A stretch of DNA of 63,995 bases, filler included, from Basidioascus undulatus (lineage: Eukaryota): assembly GCA_000826855.1 (NCBI GenBank). It is 10 parts of 10 records of this genome, joined end to end, with 100 filler letters (N's around TTAATTAATTAA, not from the genome) between each part and the next. Parts side by side here need not be neighbours in the genome. Positions count along the whole stretch, not along the records: positions 13,121 to 38,369 come from JTLS01000219.1; positions 38,470 to 42,753 come from JTLS01002190.1; positions 42,854 to 47,129 come from JTLS01002191.1; positions 47,230 to 51,505 come from JTLS01002192.1; 6 more parts are not named here. One strand, given 5' to 3'. Shown piece after piece: positions 37,513 to 48,650 of the stretch; the stretch's first letter is position 1; the number at the start of each line of letters is the position of its first letter. The notes beneath the pieces were generated by a model, which was not told the DNA's origin, searched no databases, and saw only the letters and a program-made list of their open reading frames with translations. A program made the translations under genes and the position numbers.

Positions 37513-38324
37513 AACGAGGGTTGGGAGTGAGATGACGACTAAGGGGGTTGATGAGGAACAAAGTGCTGGAGGTTTCGAGAGGCAAGCAGGACGACCCACC
37601 GCCTTTTTACAAGGTCAGAGGGAAGGAGGGCGCAGCCGGCTCAACAGGACAATCTAGGTGAAGACCAGGCGTTGTTTTCGCGGCACTTTGTTCCTTCCGG
37701 GGGCAGAATTGCCTGTGGAGAAGTAGGCCAAGATTGTTCTGTTTTGACTGTGGCGGTATGTTTTCATCAAAGAGCGCCTGACGCTGAATATTGACGGGCG
37801 ACCGACCGTCTGCCGCACGCTGCATTGCGCAGCTCGGATGCCCAGGTACTCCAGCACAACAATGACACTTATATTTTAAGGCCTTGTGCCAACTCCATTT
37901 TAAATAAATAATCGACAGGACTGCTCGACTCGGACGATATTCCAGGTGCAGCCATGGCAACTTTCGAAACGTTGCACATACCCGGCGATTGAGGCTTCGC
38001 ACGTGAAGCACGAAACATTGCTGCGTCCATTCGAGCACGATTACAGAGGGATTAGAATGAAATGAACAGAGACGTGGCCTGAAGAGGTTCCAAAGGCGGG
38101 AACGGTGGGGGCAAACGGCATTCGGAGAGCAAAGGCGGCATCCACCGAGCGTTATCTTCAACAGCATGAACGAAAGCCTAGGCAAGCTTGCTTACTTACC
38201 TGCGTATGTTCGGCTGGATACCATAGAGCCTATGCCGTAAAGCGCAGATTAGATCATTGTATAGCTCAATGATCAGCATCCCAGCCCCGAGAGACCCAGC
38301 GCATCAAACCCGTTCACTCCCACC

Positions 38325-38369
38325 CCCTCCTGGTATTCCCGCTTCACGATCTCCACGACGCTCAACAGC
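38325..38369 (-). CDS. Exon fragment resembling an Alba/Rpp20-like domain
   Basis: LLSVVEIVKREY at the contig end resembles the Alba-family ISVVEIIKR motif. Very short. Confidence 0.3.
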
Positions 38370-38469
38370 NNNNNNNNNNNNNNNNNNNNNNNNNNNNNNN
38401 NNNNNNNNNNNNNTTAATTAATTAANNNNNNNNNNNNNNNNNNNNNNNNNNNNNNNNNNNNNNNNNNNN
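38370..38469. other. Artificial contig linker
   Basis: N44-TTAATTAATTAA-N44. Confidence 0.99.
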
Positions 38470-38649
38470 CTGCGAAGGGCAAGCCGCAGAATGTGACAGG
38501 GGAGGGTGAGAGGGTCTCGGGTGAGAATGTGACAGGGGAGGGCGAGAGTGTGTCAAGAAAGGGTGAGAGCGTAAAATGAGGTGGCAAGGTTTGACAGTGA
38601 GGATTGAATGTTTGTTAAGACGTTCATGACACACTATGCAGCAAGGTGG

Positions 38650-39560
38650 GCTTGCCGGCAGCCTGCTGTTGAACCTGCTCCTCTGTGAGTAAATTGATTG
38701 ACCACAAACAGCATGATCAAATTGCTGACATGATTGTGGACACACAGGTCAAAGAGCATGCGGTGTGTACATGATTAAGAAGCAGCACCCAGCTTGCAAC
38801 ACTTAATGCTGACATACCCCTCTCAATCCCACAGGATCAAGACTGAACTTGAATATGCCCAGCCCCCTCCCCTCCTTTCCAAAAAGGCACAATATCTGAC
38901 ATGACTTACCTACAGATTGCCCCCTTGCCCACCAACACCCCTCAAGCACAAGTGCAAATGATCACCTCTCTTCCTTGCCCCCTCCTTGCCCCCTCCTTGC
39001 CCCCCATCAAAGCTCAAGCCTGCACACACCCAACCTCTGCCATGCCCACCTCCAGCCCATCCTGCTGCAAACCTGGCCCCACCTGCTCTCCTGCCACTGC
39101 TGGCCATCCAGCTCCAAGCCCATCCCACCCTGCCCCTTCCCAGCCCCAACACCCAAGTGCCCCTGCTCAGGATGCAGCATGTATGCCCAAGCACACAAAG
39201 ACAGTCAAGGTCCAGCTGCTCAAGGCTGTCCTGCCCAGCAGCAGGGAGGTCAGGGGGTGCAGCTGTGTAGCCATGGAGCTTTCTGTCCATGCTGGCAATG
39301 CTCAGATCCAGTGGGATAAGGTGGGGAAAGGGTACTGGGGATAGTAGGGCTTTGTGGCGTTAATATATTTTTATGGCTTGAATTGTTATGTGTGCAGGTT
39401 GGCCTGGATGTTGTCGTGTGCTGTGCACCATGTGGTATTCTGTAAGCCAGGTATGGCATCAAAAGCTCATTCCCTCAGCTAGTGCAACCAGCAGTCACAG
39501 TGCAGCAAACCACACACAGAAAATCTTCCTGAGTGTGCTCTCATAGTAAAGAACAGACTG
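38650..39560. other. CpG-depleted, CpA/TpG-rich degenerate segment (repeat or duplicated-gene relic)
   Basis: C-rich sequence with very few CG dinucleotides, in sharp contrast to the CG-rich neighbouring genes. Confidence 0.6.
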
Positions 39561-39711
39561 AAGCACATCATGGTATACTGACAAAACCCCATACAAAGAG
39601 AACTAGTCACCGGCTGTGCTATGTGGTGGGTGCACACTGAGAAAAAGACATCGAATGGAAGAAGTGTTCATGAGAGTGAGGGGGAAGAGGTGGAGGAAAG
39701 GGGGGATGTGT

Positions 39712-40927
39712 CTATGCTACAAACTTCTCATAGAGGACGATGAGGATGAGGAGCACAAGGACGAGGATGATTGCGCCTGTGACGAGCTTCTGCTGGTTTG
39801 CTCTGCAGCCCCAACAACCGGTTGTATAAGGCAGATGTCCGAGGTGGTGGGGGTGGTGGCCGGATGATGGAGAGGAGGACAAGGCAATGGGGGGAGAAGA
39901 AAGAGGAGACGGACGTCAGAAAGGGTCGAGATTAGAAGAGGGAGTGCTGCCCCAAGGGATGGGGGAAGGGGGTCTAGCGGTTGCATGGGAGGGAAGGGGA
40001 GGCGGCCAGGGAAGGGAACGCACCGCCGAATCATCTTCTTGAGCGTCCCGCTCGCGCGGTCAATGCTCCCATCCGCGTTGTTCAGCTGTCCGTCCCTCCT
40101 CCCTCGCGTAAGCCCCAACACCCTACCCCACTCTAACGCCAACAATAACGACGGCAGCGCAACCAACGCACCGTATCCCTAGTCCCCTCAATCTGCTCCC
40201 GCTGCCTGCGCAGATTCCCCAAAATCTCGGCACCAACGTCCTCCGTCTCGAGCGCGGTACGGTGGCTGTCCTGCAGCCGGCGCGAGCCCTCCTGCAGGCG
40301 CTCGTTCCCCGCGAGGAGGCGCGTGCGCACATCCGACGCGCCGCCGTCGTCAGAGTAGGGCTCGTCGTGCGGCGAGAGCGCCCCGCCTGAGCGCGAGAGA
40401 AGGTCGGCGCGGTCGGAGGTGGATAGGAGGGTGCGCTGTGTGGGGGGAGGGGTGAGAAGGGAAGGTGGGGTGAGGAGAAGGGGATGGGGGAGAGCGGGGG
40501 GAGACGCACGACTTGACGCTTCAGTGCGTCCAGGTCGGATTTGGAGGAGCGCACACGGGACTGGAACTGCGTTCGCACGGACTGGGGCATCCCCTGCACT
40601 TCGACTTCCATTTGCGAGACCTGCGCGCACCCGCCTGGCCACGCGCTCAGCATCCCAGTGGAGCAATGAGGAGAGGAGACAGGGAGGGACGCACGATCTC
40701 GTCCGCCTCATCAAGGTCCATATCGATGCGCCTCAGCGACGCCTTCTTTGCATCTGTAAACCGCCGAAGGACCCCATCTGAGCGTGAGGAAATGGACGGA
40801 ACGGGCACGGGGACAGGGACGCACCGCCCTTCTGGTCCTTCACGTCGGTGTCGAGCTTGGACCGCACGCCAGCGACGATGGACTTGTAGTCCTCCTCGTA
40901 CGAGCTGTACAAATCGTCCTGGGGCAT
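39712..40927 (-). CDS. VTI1: Qb-SNARE Vti1
   Basis: DDLYSSYEEDYK, MDLDEADEI|VSQMEVE, RTRLLAGNERL..SRRLQDSHRTALETEDVGAEILGNLRRQREQIE, SIDRASGTLKKMIRR, C-terminal TM helix. Confidence 0.95.
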
Positions 40928-41147
40928 CGTTGCTGTTATCAATCGAGTAAAATGGAGGCTGAGAGTGAGATGGGATGGCGATGGGCAAGTGCGCCCTGCG
41001 GGTGACGCCGCCGCCTGCCGCTTGGCTCGACAGGGCGGGATTACGTAAGTCTATTTCACGTGGAAGGTGCCGCGGGCCTGGAAGACTTGAATTTCGTGGA
41101 TGCAGCCTGCCTGCTCGCTATCGCCCATAACGCACTCGTAGCTCGCG

Positions 41148-42753
41148 ATGTCAGAGCTGCACACACCGCTGTCCTCGGCGCCGTCCTACGCGGGCCCATG
41201 GTCCAAGCTGTCTCCTCCCCTGACTCCATGGATGTGCGTCTTCCCCCCTCCCCCATGCCCTCACACCGTCTTCCGTTTCTGAGCAGGACCGGTTGTGGCA
41301 CTCAGCGCGGACACGGTGGCCTCGATGGGGTTCACGCAGATGACGCCCGTCCAGGCGTCCACGATCCCCCTCTTCCGCGCCAACAAGGATGTGGTCGTCG
41401 AAGCTGTCACGGGCAGCGGCAAGACGCTGGCGTTCCTCATCCCCGTCATCGAGAAGCTGCTTGCGCGGGACGACCCGCTGCAGAAGGGCGAGGTGGGGGC
41501 GCTGATCATCTCTCCTACCCGGTGCGTCTCCCTCTTCCCCTTCCCCTTCCCCCTTCGCCATCCTCATCCCCACCTCATTTCCCAGCGAGCTAGCCCAGCA
41601 AACGCACTTCCAGCTCTCTTCCTTCCTCTCGACCTCGCCCGACCCGCTCCCCCCGCCCCTCCTCCTCGTCTCCGACGGCGCGTCCTCCCCCGCAGAGGAC
41701 CGCAAGCGCTTCGACGAGACGGGCGCGCACATCCTCGTCGGCACGCCCGGAAGAGTGGAGGAGTTCGTCTGCGGCGCGAAGGGCGCGAAGGCCAAGGGCC
41801 GCGGCGCGGGGAGGTGGAGCGCGTTTGAAGTACTCGTGCTGGATGAGGCGGATCGGTGCGTCTTCCTCCCTTCTCCTGTTCCCTTGTCCGCTCCCCCACT
41901 TCCCCTCTTCTCCGCCCTCACGTGCTGAGAGTCCTCGTGCCCCCCCAGCCTCCTCGACCTCGGCTTCCTCCCCACCCTGCGCACCATCCTCTCCGCGCTC
42001 CCCAAGCAGCGGCGCACGGGCCTCTTCAGCGCAACGATGACCGACGCGCTCACCCCCCTGATCACAGTCGGGCTCCGCAACCCTGTTCGCGTAGTCGTCA
42101 AAGTGACGTCCAAGTCCAAGGCCGCCTCTGCGACGTCCTCCACCCCGCTCGAGGAGCGGCGCACGCCCGCGGGGCTCGAGAACTTCTACACCGTCGTGCA
42201 GCAAGAGGCGAAGCTCGCGGTGCTGCTCCGCTTGCTGAGGGGTGAGGTGGAGCAGGGGAGGGGGAAGACGATCGTCTACTTCTCGACCTGCGCTGCAGTG
42301 GACTACCTCTACCGCGTGCGTCCTACCTTCTCCTCTTTCCCTCTTCCCACCCAACTATATTTCCTATCCCCACCTAACAAACTAACCGGTCCCCTCTCCC
42401 TTCCCCAACCACAGATCCTCACCCGCCTCCCCGCCTCCCACCTTCCCCCACCACCAACGACCTTCCACACCCTACACGGGCACGTCCCACCCGCGCAGCG
42501 TTCGCGCGTCCTCTCCGCCTTCGCAAGCAGCTCGCACGGCGTCCTCCTCTGTACGGACGTTGCCGCGCGCGGGATCGACCTCCCCGACGTAGACTGCGTG
42601 ATCCAGCTCGACCCGCCCCTCGACCCCAGCACGTTCGCGCACCGCGTCGGCCGCACCGCGCGTGCGGGCCGCAGGGGACGCGCGGTGGTCCTTCTTGCTC
42701 AAGGAAGCGAAGAAGCATACGTCGAGTATCTTAAGGGGCGGCTGATCCCCCTT
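41148..42753 (+). CDS. SPB4: DEAD-box rRNA helicase Spb4/DDX55 (3' truncated)
   Basis: [91 protein letters not shown]. Confidence 0.95.
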
Positions 42754-42853
42754 NNNNNNNNNNNNNNNNNNNNNNNNNNNNNNNNNNNNNNNNNNNNTTA
42801 ATTAATTAANNNNNNNNNNNNNNNNNNNNNNNNNNNNNNNNNNNNNNNNNNNN
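42754..42853. other. Artificial contig linker
   Basis: N44-TTAATTAATTAA-N44. Confidence 0.99.
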
Positions 42854-44318
42854 AGTCCATGTCGGCGTCTTCGAAGCGGAAACTCACTCGGTGCGTTCCT
42901 TCCCTTCCCTCCCTCTTCCCCCTCTCCCACCGACTCAACCCACACGCGCGTAGGTGCCAAGGACGGCAAGGGTCGCGGTCGGCAGGTCATTGCCGGTGCG
43001 TCCTCCTCCCAATGTATTGGAAAAGAAGGAAGAAGGAAGAAGCTGACGGTGCATGGAAACGCGGCAGTGGCGCGAACGTGCAACCTCATCTTCATCGTCC
43101 TCGACGTGCTCAAGCCGCTCAAGGACAAGGCGATCATCGAGAACGAGCTGGAGGGCTTTGGAATCCGCTTGAACAAAACCCCCCCGGCGATTACGGTTAA
43201 GAAGAAAGAGAAGGTGCGGCTCCCCCTCCTCTCTCCTCTTCCCCGTTCCACTAGGCAGTTCCTGTTTGGGTTTGGGGAGAAAGCTGATGATGGGTTGAAC
43301 GACAGGGCGGAATCGCAATCACCAACACCGTCCCGCTCACGCACATCGACGCGGACGAGATCAGGGCTGTGCTGAGCGAGTACCGGATCTCGGTGCATCG
43401 TTTCTCCTTCTCCCCTCCCCCTTTCCTTTACTCTGCCTCCTTGCGAGGTTACTGAGACTGGCGCGGGCAACCAGAATGCGGACGTAGCGTTCCGGTGCGA
43501 CGCGACGCTCGAGGACCTGATCGACGTGATTGAGGGAAACCGGTGAGTTCTCCCTGTTCCTTCCCACTCTTTTCGAACTTGATACAACCTTACATGTGGC
43601 GGAGCTCAGCGTGTACATCCCCTGCGTCTACGTCCTTAACAAGATCGACGCCATCTCGATCGAGGAACTCGACTTGCTCTGTGCGTCCCTCTCCCCATCT
43701 CTTCTCACAACCCCTTGCCACCCTCGGAGCGCATTGCTGATGCTGTGGGTGGGTGGCGTGGATGGCGAGAACAGACCAGATCCCCAACTCCGTACCCATC
43801 TCATCGCGCGAGTGGCTCAACGTCGACGAGCTCATTGAGGTCATGTGGGACAAGCTTAACCTCGGTGCGTCGCGTCCTCCTCTCTCCTTTCTCCTGTCTC
43901 CTCGCGAGCGACCAGCTGACGAAGACGATGCGCATGTGACACAGTCCGAGTCTACACCCGCCCGCGCGGCCAGGCGCCCGACTACTCGTCCCCCGTCGTC
44001 CTCCGCCGCGGGCGCTCGTCAATCGATGACTTCTGCAATGCGATCCACAAGGAGATTGCGAAGCAGATGAAATAGTGCGTTGTGTTCTCTTATCCCATTC
44101 CCAGCTTTCCCTTTACAGATGGCGGTTACATTACAGCGCGATGGTCTGGGGTACGTCCGCGAAGCACGCGCGCGGGCAGAAGGTCGGGCTCGAGCACGTC
44201 CTCGAGGATGAGGACATCGTGTGCATCTTCAAGGTGCGTTTTCTCGTTCTCATCCCTCCCCAACTCTCCTTCTCTCTTTTCCTTCGTACTGACGCGGAGG
44301 GTGCGGTTGCAGCGCTGA
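42854..44318 (+). CDS. RBG1: Developmentally regulated GTP-binding protein Rbg1/DRG1 (5' truncated)
   Basis: [56 protein letters not shown] domain ending [15 protein letters not shown]. Confidence 0.95.
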
Positions 44319-44633
44319 GCGAGCGTTGTGCAATGTGGCGGAGGAAGGTGGCAAGGGAGGGAGGAATGGATGGGGCAGGGGAAGGCGAGGGCGGAAGGTA
44401 GTGCACCGACGTCTGAGTCTAAGCCAAGGGGAGAGTGGATTGGAGGGAGTAATGGGCGGATGAAATTATTCTGCAGCCACGCGTCCTTGCTGGAGACCCA
44501 GCAAGGAGATCGCGGAACGTTTCGTTGATTGTTCGTGGTAGGGGGTGTCAAGACGCTGCGGCTCTAGGGCCGGGTTAGACGACAACCAAGGCTTGCGCCG
44601 TTCTCATGCAGTGGAAGTCTGCAATCCCGCGAA

Positions 44634-45100
44634 CTACTTGAAGAACAACCGAGCCACTGCCTCCGCCCCCTCATCCTCCGTCTCCCCAGTCTCCACGAAC
44701 TCCTCCGACGCGTAAAAAGTCCTCGCCTCCTCATTCCCGATCTCACAAATAAGCGCCTCCTTGCGGAACCGCTCAACCAAAAGCCACGGCGCCGCGCGTT
44801 CGACGCCCCGCCGCTGCGCAGACTGGTCCACGACGAACCCGCCCACCCAGCGGCTGCCGTCGTCGTCGATCACCCGCATCAGAAGCCGAGGACTTTGCTC
44901 TCGGAGGAGGAGGAGGTGGTGGTGGTGGAGGTGATGGCGAGGGGATGCCAGACGCCGCCGTATGCACAGAGATTCAGATAGTGCGATACGGGAGCGACAT
45001 GGTCGGCTTGGTCGGGCCGGACGGTGAGCGCTGCGCAGGCGCGTTAGTTGGCGAAGGAGACGGGCTCGAAGGAGATGGATGTCGATGTCACGGAGGGCAT
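44634..45100 (-). pseudogene. Intronless GNAT N-acetyltransferase (BltD/spermidine-acetyltransferase-like), disrupted
   Basis: MPSVTSTSISFEPVSFAN*RACAALTVRPDQADHVAPVSHYLNLCAYGGVWHPLAI..KVLGF (frameshift) LMRVIDDDGSRWVGGFVVDQSAQRRGV..NEEARTFYASEEFVETGETEDEGAEAVARL. Motif A (Q-x-x-G-x) and motif B (N..A..FY...F) are present. Confidence 0.75.
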
Positions 45101-46040
45101 GGTGGCTGCAAATGTTGTACACCTGTTGAGCGGGGCTGGACGAGCGTGGTCTTCGAAGAGGTCTCGCTTACCGGTCGTATTTTGGCTGTTTCGTGGTTCT
45201 GAGAAACCAACGTCAGTCCGTGAAGAGAATATATGCGTTTAAGGTGCACGCCATGACTCACGCGGCCTTGCAGCCTGGCCTCCGAGGTGTCAGAAGTGTC
45301 ATGCAGGGAACTTACTACCTGGAATCGCTGCGCGAAGTGTGTCGACATTACCCGCTCTTATACCAAAAGTGCATGATTACTTTCTAGAGCAACTGTCTGG
45401 GTTATTCCACGAACAAACCACAAGTGTCCCCTGAGTTCTGCAGGCCCCCATCCGCCACATGGGAGCGCTTGGGGGGCTGGCGGATGAGCTATGCTGCCCT
45501 GAGGAGAGCGGAGAGGTGGAGGTGGCGGAGTGATGGGTTTAGTAATGTTTTGAGGGAATTTGGGTGAAATGCATGTATAGGTGGTTGGGAGGAGAAATAC
45601 TCAGGACTCCCCCTCCTCAGCAAGCTGCTGCTTCACCACACCGTGCAGAGTAATGGTGAAAGGGTAAAGATCCAGAAGGCGCCGACGGCCCCCGGCTTCA
45701 TTTTCCTGATCCCTGGTTAAAGGTCAAGCGTTATGAGAAAGCTACAATCTGCTTGAATCTGATTGGCTGCTCGTGCTCGTCTGCCCACCGCCCCGCCCGT
45801 TGTCGTTGTCGCATTCCTCGTCAGCATCTGCGGAACCGATCTCAGTAAGGATTACCTTACAAGGCTTTCTCAGGGTTTCTCTCTCTCCGGCTCGTGGGCG
45901 GTCACTGCCTGGACCTCAAAAACGGATGGTTTCCCCTCGCCCTCGCAGTCCTTTTCCCTTTCAGCTACTACCTCTGGCACCACTTCGCCGTGTACCTCCT
46001 CGACAGGACCAACCCTCCCCCTTTTTACTCCCTTGCAGCC

Positions 46041-46527
46041 ATGTTCACCCTCCAGCTTGACCGCGACCGCGTTGTCGCCATCGCCGCCCCTGTCGTCGTT
46101 GCGATTGCCTCCGCAGTTTACTTCTTCCGTCCGAGTGCATGCGGTGTTACGCTTTCTACAATAAATGGTGTGGTGTCTAGCTTAGCCGGGCGCTGACAGA
46201 TTGACTATACCATGTCGTGACGTGCACACAGAGAGCGCCGACGCCTCGCACAAGGCCGGCGAGAGCACGGCAGCCGCACCCGTCTCGGCTGTCCTGCACC
46301 CTACCGAATGGCGCGAGTTTACGCTGTCTGAGAAGATCGAGTCCCATAACACGGCCCTTTACGTCTGTACTCGTCGTCCATCCTTCCTCTCCCTCGAAGC
46401 TCTCCGCGTTGACGGTGCCCGCGTTGGCTGCAGGTACCGGTTCGCGCTCCCCCACCCGACCGACATCCTCGGCCTCCCTGTCGGTCAACACATCTCGGTG
46501 CAGGCTGAGATATACGGCGAAGACTGA
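46041..46527 (+). pseudogene. Truncated NADH-cytochrome b5 reductase (CBR1-like)
   Basis: N-terminal anchor, then [56 protein letters not shown]. It stops just before the RxYTP motif, and none follows in the next 600 bp. Confidence 0.75.
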
Positions 46528-47129
46528 CTGTCTTTCCCCCTTAAAGGTCTTCTGCTTCTAGCACAGGGAATTTCTTGGATGATTAAAGCGGGTGGACCGA
46601 GGCTGAAATAGACCAGCAGGACGCTGGCGCTCCTGATTGGCCATGAATGAAAAGTCGCAGCGTTTCTTGAACATGAGTGTTGCAGGGCAATGACTGGACG
46701 CGTCGAATACCAGCACATTGTCGAGGCTTTCGTTTAGCTTAACAGTGAAAACACTGATAAATCCCGTTGATCAGCTCTTCTATGCGTTGTGCGCATTCTT
46801 TCGTCAGAAGAGCAGAAATTTGCGGCGCCAACAAATGGCCTGCGGCGCTGACGAGTGTGGCCATTGACGAAGCGGCGGAGGGGTGTTAAGAAGACGAAGG
46901 GATGAGTGCAGTCGAACGTGAACAAGGCCAGAGGACGTAGTAAGCAGGGAGACCAAGTTAATGGTGAAGATGGGCAACCCGCAAGCCGTTGCCTACAAAA
47001 AGTGCAAGAGTGTGCAAGGTGCTGTATGTTATCGATGCATTACGAAACACAAAATAAAACAGAGAACGAACGAACTAAAGAAAAGTATGCTTCTTCCCCT
47101 TCTCATCCAATAGTGCACCCCGCCCCACC

Positions 47130-47229
47130 NNNNNNNNNNNNNNNNNNNNNNNNNNNNNNNNNNNNNNNNNNNNTTAATTAATTAANNNNNNNNNNNNNNN
47201 NNNNNNNNNNNNNNNNNNNNNNNNNNNNN
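47130..47229. other. Artificial contig linker
   Basis: N44-TTAATTAATTAA-N44. Confidence 0.99.
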
Positions 47230-48113
47230 CCCGCTCCGACCATCGCGACTCCCGCAGCACGCACGACCCCACCCGCCGTCGCTGCCGGCGCGCGTGCCGT
47301 TCCCCCTCCGCCTCCCGCTCCCCCTGTCGCTGGTGGCGGCGGTGGTGGTGGGCGCGCGGCTCCTCCGCCCCCGCCGCCTCCCCCGCCGCCTGCGGAACCG
47401 GAGAAGGAGATGTGGAAGAGCTTGTACAACTTTGAGACGAGCGAAGAGGGCGAGATGCCGCTCAAGAAGGACGAGTTGGTCGAGGTGCTGCAGCAGGACC
47501 CGAATGGTGCGTGGGATGACTTTATCTCTGCCTTCTTTCACTGTGATGTTAATGCTTGCGCTTGATCGTCCAGGTTGGTGGCTCGTCAAGAAGGACGGCA
47601 TCGAAGGCTGGTCCCCCTCGAACTACCTCCAAAAGGTCCCGCCGAAGCCCAAGCCCGCCTCGGCGCCTCCGGCTCCCGCGCCCATCAAGCGCATGCCCCC
47701 GCCCGCGCCCGCCGCGCCCAAGACCAACGGCGGTCTCAACGGCACCAGCGCGTCGTCGAGCCCGGCCGCATCACGACCTGGCTCGGCCCTCGGCGGCGCC
47801 GCGGGCAAGACCGCTCCGCCGCCGATCAAGGCGAAGCCTGCTCTGGCGCCCAAGCCCGGTGCGCCGCCCATCCCTGGCGGGAAGCCTAAACCCCCGGCGC
47901 CCCCGCGCCCGCAGGTCCCGGCCGCAGCGTCGGGTGGCGGTGGCGGTGGAGCGGGTGGTGGATTCGGCAACGACCTCGCTGCGGCTGTGCGTCCACTTTG
48001 CCTGCCCTTGCCCCTTTCCGTCTTTCGTCGCGCCTGGCTGACTGTCTTTGCCTTCTCTTGAACAGCTTGCCAAGCGCCGGCAACCTGCGGCCAACGACGA
48101 CGACGACTGGTGA
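47230..48113 (+). CDS. MYO1: Class I myosin C-terminal tail (partial)
   Basis: Pro-rich region, SH3 domain ([33 protein letters not shown]), LAAALAKR, and acidic DDDDW-stop Arp2/3-binding end. Confidence 0.9.
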
Positions 48114-48650
48114 TGGAATGATTTGACAAGGCCGGCTCTGATATGCGAGACTTTTGTATTTCGGCGGACACGCAGCAGTGTATACCTCTTGCTAGATGTG
48201 GCTTGCATTGCTCCTTCTACTTCTATTGCATCCCATGTCCTGCGCTGCCTGCATTATTCTTTTTGGAGCTCCGAATGCTCCGGAGCTCCAGAACATTTGC
48301 AGTCTGGAATCGATGGGAACGTGGCGAAGATTGAAGTCGTGCATGACGCCAGGAGCGCGACAAACGACGCGGGCCCTGACGCGCCCCGCGCTTGGCCGAG
48401 CGAACGAGCGAGTACCGGAACGCTGCCTTCCGCCCGCGACCACCACCACACCATCACCATCTACCCGCGCTGCACCTGCTGTAGTTCTCTTAATTCTAAT
48501 GCGTACACACTGTTAACTCGGACATCTAATTGCTAGCTGGTAATCTGTCCGCCACGAGTGAGCCCAACGCGGACGAGGCGACCGAATCGCACATCGACCG
48601 CTGAGCCACTGCCGCCATCATCCAACTACGGTCGAGTATCGCCAGCGGCC

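Noticed and set aside
38192..38203. ACTTACCTG resembling the 5' end of U1 snRNA
   Set aside because: No U1 stem-loops or Sm site follow. It is better read as a minus-strand CAG|GTAAGT splice donor.
38487..38548. 36-bp-period direct repeat (AGAATGTGACAGGGGAGGG) as an LTR or CRISPR
   Set aside because: Only two copies at a contig edge, with no spacer array, TG..CA termini or associated genes.
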